A stretch of DNA of 63,778 nucleotides, filler included, from Octopus bimaculoides (Eukaryota): the NCBI RefSeq assembly GCF_001194135.2. It is 5 parts of 5 records of this genome, joined end to end, with 100 filler letters (N's around TTAATTAATTAA, not from the genome) between each part and the next. Parts side by side here need not be neighbours in the genome. Positions count along the whole stretch, not along the records: positions 60,379 to 62,574 come from NC_068994.1; positions 62,675 to 63,778 come from NC_068996.1; 3 more parts are not named here. One strand, written 5' to 3'. A program made the position numbers and the translations under genes. Of this stretch, positions 62,496 through 63,778 are shown in pieces. The stretch's first letter is position 1; the number at the start of each line of letters is the position of its first letter. Under the pieces are notes generated by a model, which had not been told where the DNA came from, ran no database searches, and was given only the letters and a program-made list of their open reading frames with translations.

Positions 62496-63778
62496 TAACG
62501 CAAAACATCCGGACAGTTGGGTGGTACAAAAATGGGACAACAAAACATCCAGATAGATGATACAAAGAAGACAANNNNNNNNNNNNNNNNNNNNNNNNNN
62601 NNNNNNNNNNNNNNNNNNTTAATTAATTAANNNNNNNNNNNNNNNNNNNNNNNNNNNNNNNNNNNNNNNNNNNNTATATATATATATATATATATATTTC
62701 CCGAAAAACTTGTTCTCATTTCTGAATGGGGTGTCGTTTATATCCGTCGTCATCTATATAATTCAAAACTTACGTCGTTTTTTGACCTCGTTGCACATTC
62801 ATAAGCTGACCCCACGTCAGGTTCACAAATAGATAGGAAGACACTGTCTATACAAGAGATTAGCTTCATGTGAACACAACGAGCATCAAACTATGCCCGT
62901 TACTCACGACGTTCGACTACTCTAACCTGATGTGGTAAGTACGCGAGCTGTAGTTCAAGAGAATTTCGAAGTAGATCGAAATCATTTATATTCTCTTTGA
63001 TACCCACTCGAAAGATTTAATTCTACTGTCAGAAATTCCCAAATTTCTCACTGAGCATTTGTAAACAAGATGAACGTTTAAATCTCTAAATTTGCAAATT
63101 GAGAATTCTATCTTTAATAAGCTGTAATTTTATAATGTTTTAATTGGTTACATAATTACAAATAATGGTCACCATGAACTTAAAAATTGAAGTGTTTAGT
63201 AATGAAATTGCTTACAGTAAGAAGAAAGAAATAGTTTTAATATTTTAATGTACTAGATAAAGAATGGTAACCAATGTATGATGTACGTTTGAGAAGTTAT
63301 GAAAAGAGATACATATCCATAAAAATAATAATGATTATGTCCCCTTACATCTTCTAACTATAGCAGCTGACAATATATGTCTCTTTTAAATCGATTAAAG
63401 GATAATATCCAGAACTTTCTTAATTACAATATATTACAATTTAGATTTCTTCTCTAACTACAACTAATAGAATTCTGTTTATCTTTGTCGATGTTGTTTT
63501 TTTATCGGTTCCTCTACAATGATGTTGATGTGATCGTGTTGTCCAGCCACGTCGTTTATATATGATTCTCTGCACGATGATGAATATCACTAAGATCTTG
63601 AAAAGCTTTCTTCAATGTTTGCGATCAGAAGAATGACCAGTTATTTAACAATGCTGATAGTTCTAGTATTAATGTTGGAGATAGTATTCATCGTATATTC
63701 AATGAATAGTCTTCAACTTCAAGCAATCGTCTGTACACGCCAGTCAGTGACATATATATATATATATATATATATATA

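Noticed and set aside
62774-62847. 74-nt open minus-strand exon candidate with GTAAGT donor
   Set aside because: Does not match any expected NOS1AP PTB segment or the required phase, and is separated from the known exons by four artificial joins.

Overview
AT-rich, microsatellite-dense, gapped eukaryotic scaffold. The repeat landscape looks like an octopod cephalopod (Octopus-like); this is inferred from repeat content and my recall of such repeats, not proven. The ORF track misses the host gene. On the minus strand four small exons with canonical splice sites join in frame (20363-20255, 14237-14087, 12609-12553, 224-180). They read (R)[36 protein letters not shown]|SQAMRIVRTIGQAFEVCHKLSVVQSPLNGGTPDDGNSTISVDDNEKSLSK|R-IEELESNSNSTSTDMDKK|E-IEEILSYANDTDEP. 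This is the C-terminal half of the PTB/PID domain of NOS1AP (CAPON) plus an acidic linker. The rest of the window is probably intronic (I found no upstream PTB exon in 20364-63778) and is filled with mobile DNA: a full-length dead mariner with perfect TIRs, a decayed Gypsy pol, RTE, CR1-like, RLE (R4/Dong-like) and Penelope-like fragments, at least five SINE-like families, palindromic MITE-like elements and many SSRs. Main leads: (1) the two short linker exons look like diverged duplicates of each other and are both symmetric phase-1 cassettes; (2) an in-frame RTE-RT/Penelope-RT chimeric reading frame with two YxDD motifs; (3) a two-tailed SINE dimer inside a single 13-bp target-site duplication; (4) a LINE/SINE pair sharing a 3' stem-loop; (5) long fold-back elements in the pre-mRNA near the PTB exons. 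I did not find a clear-cut wholly new system; these are hypotheses to test.
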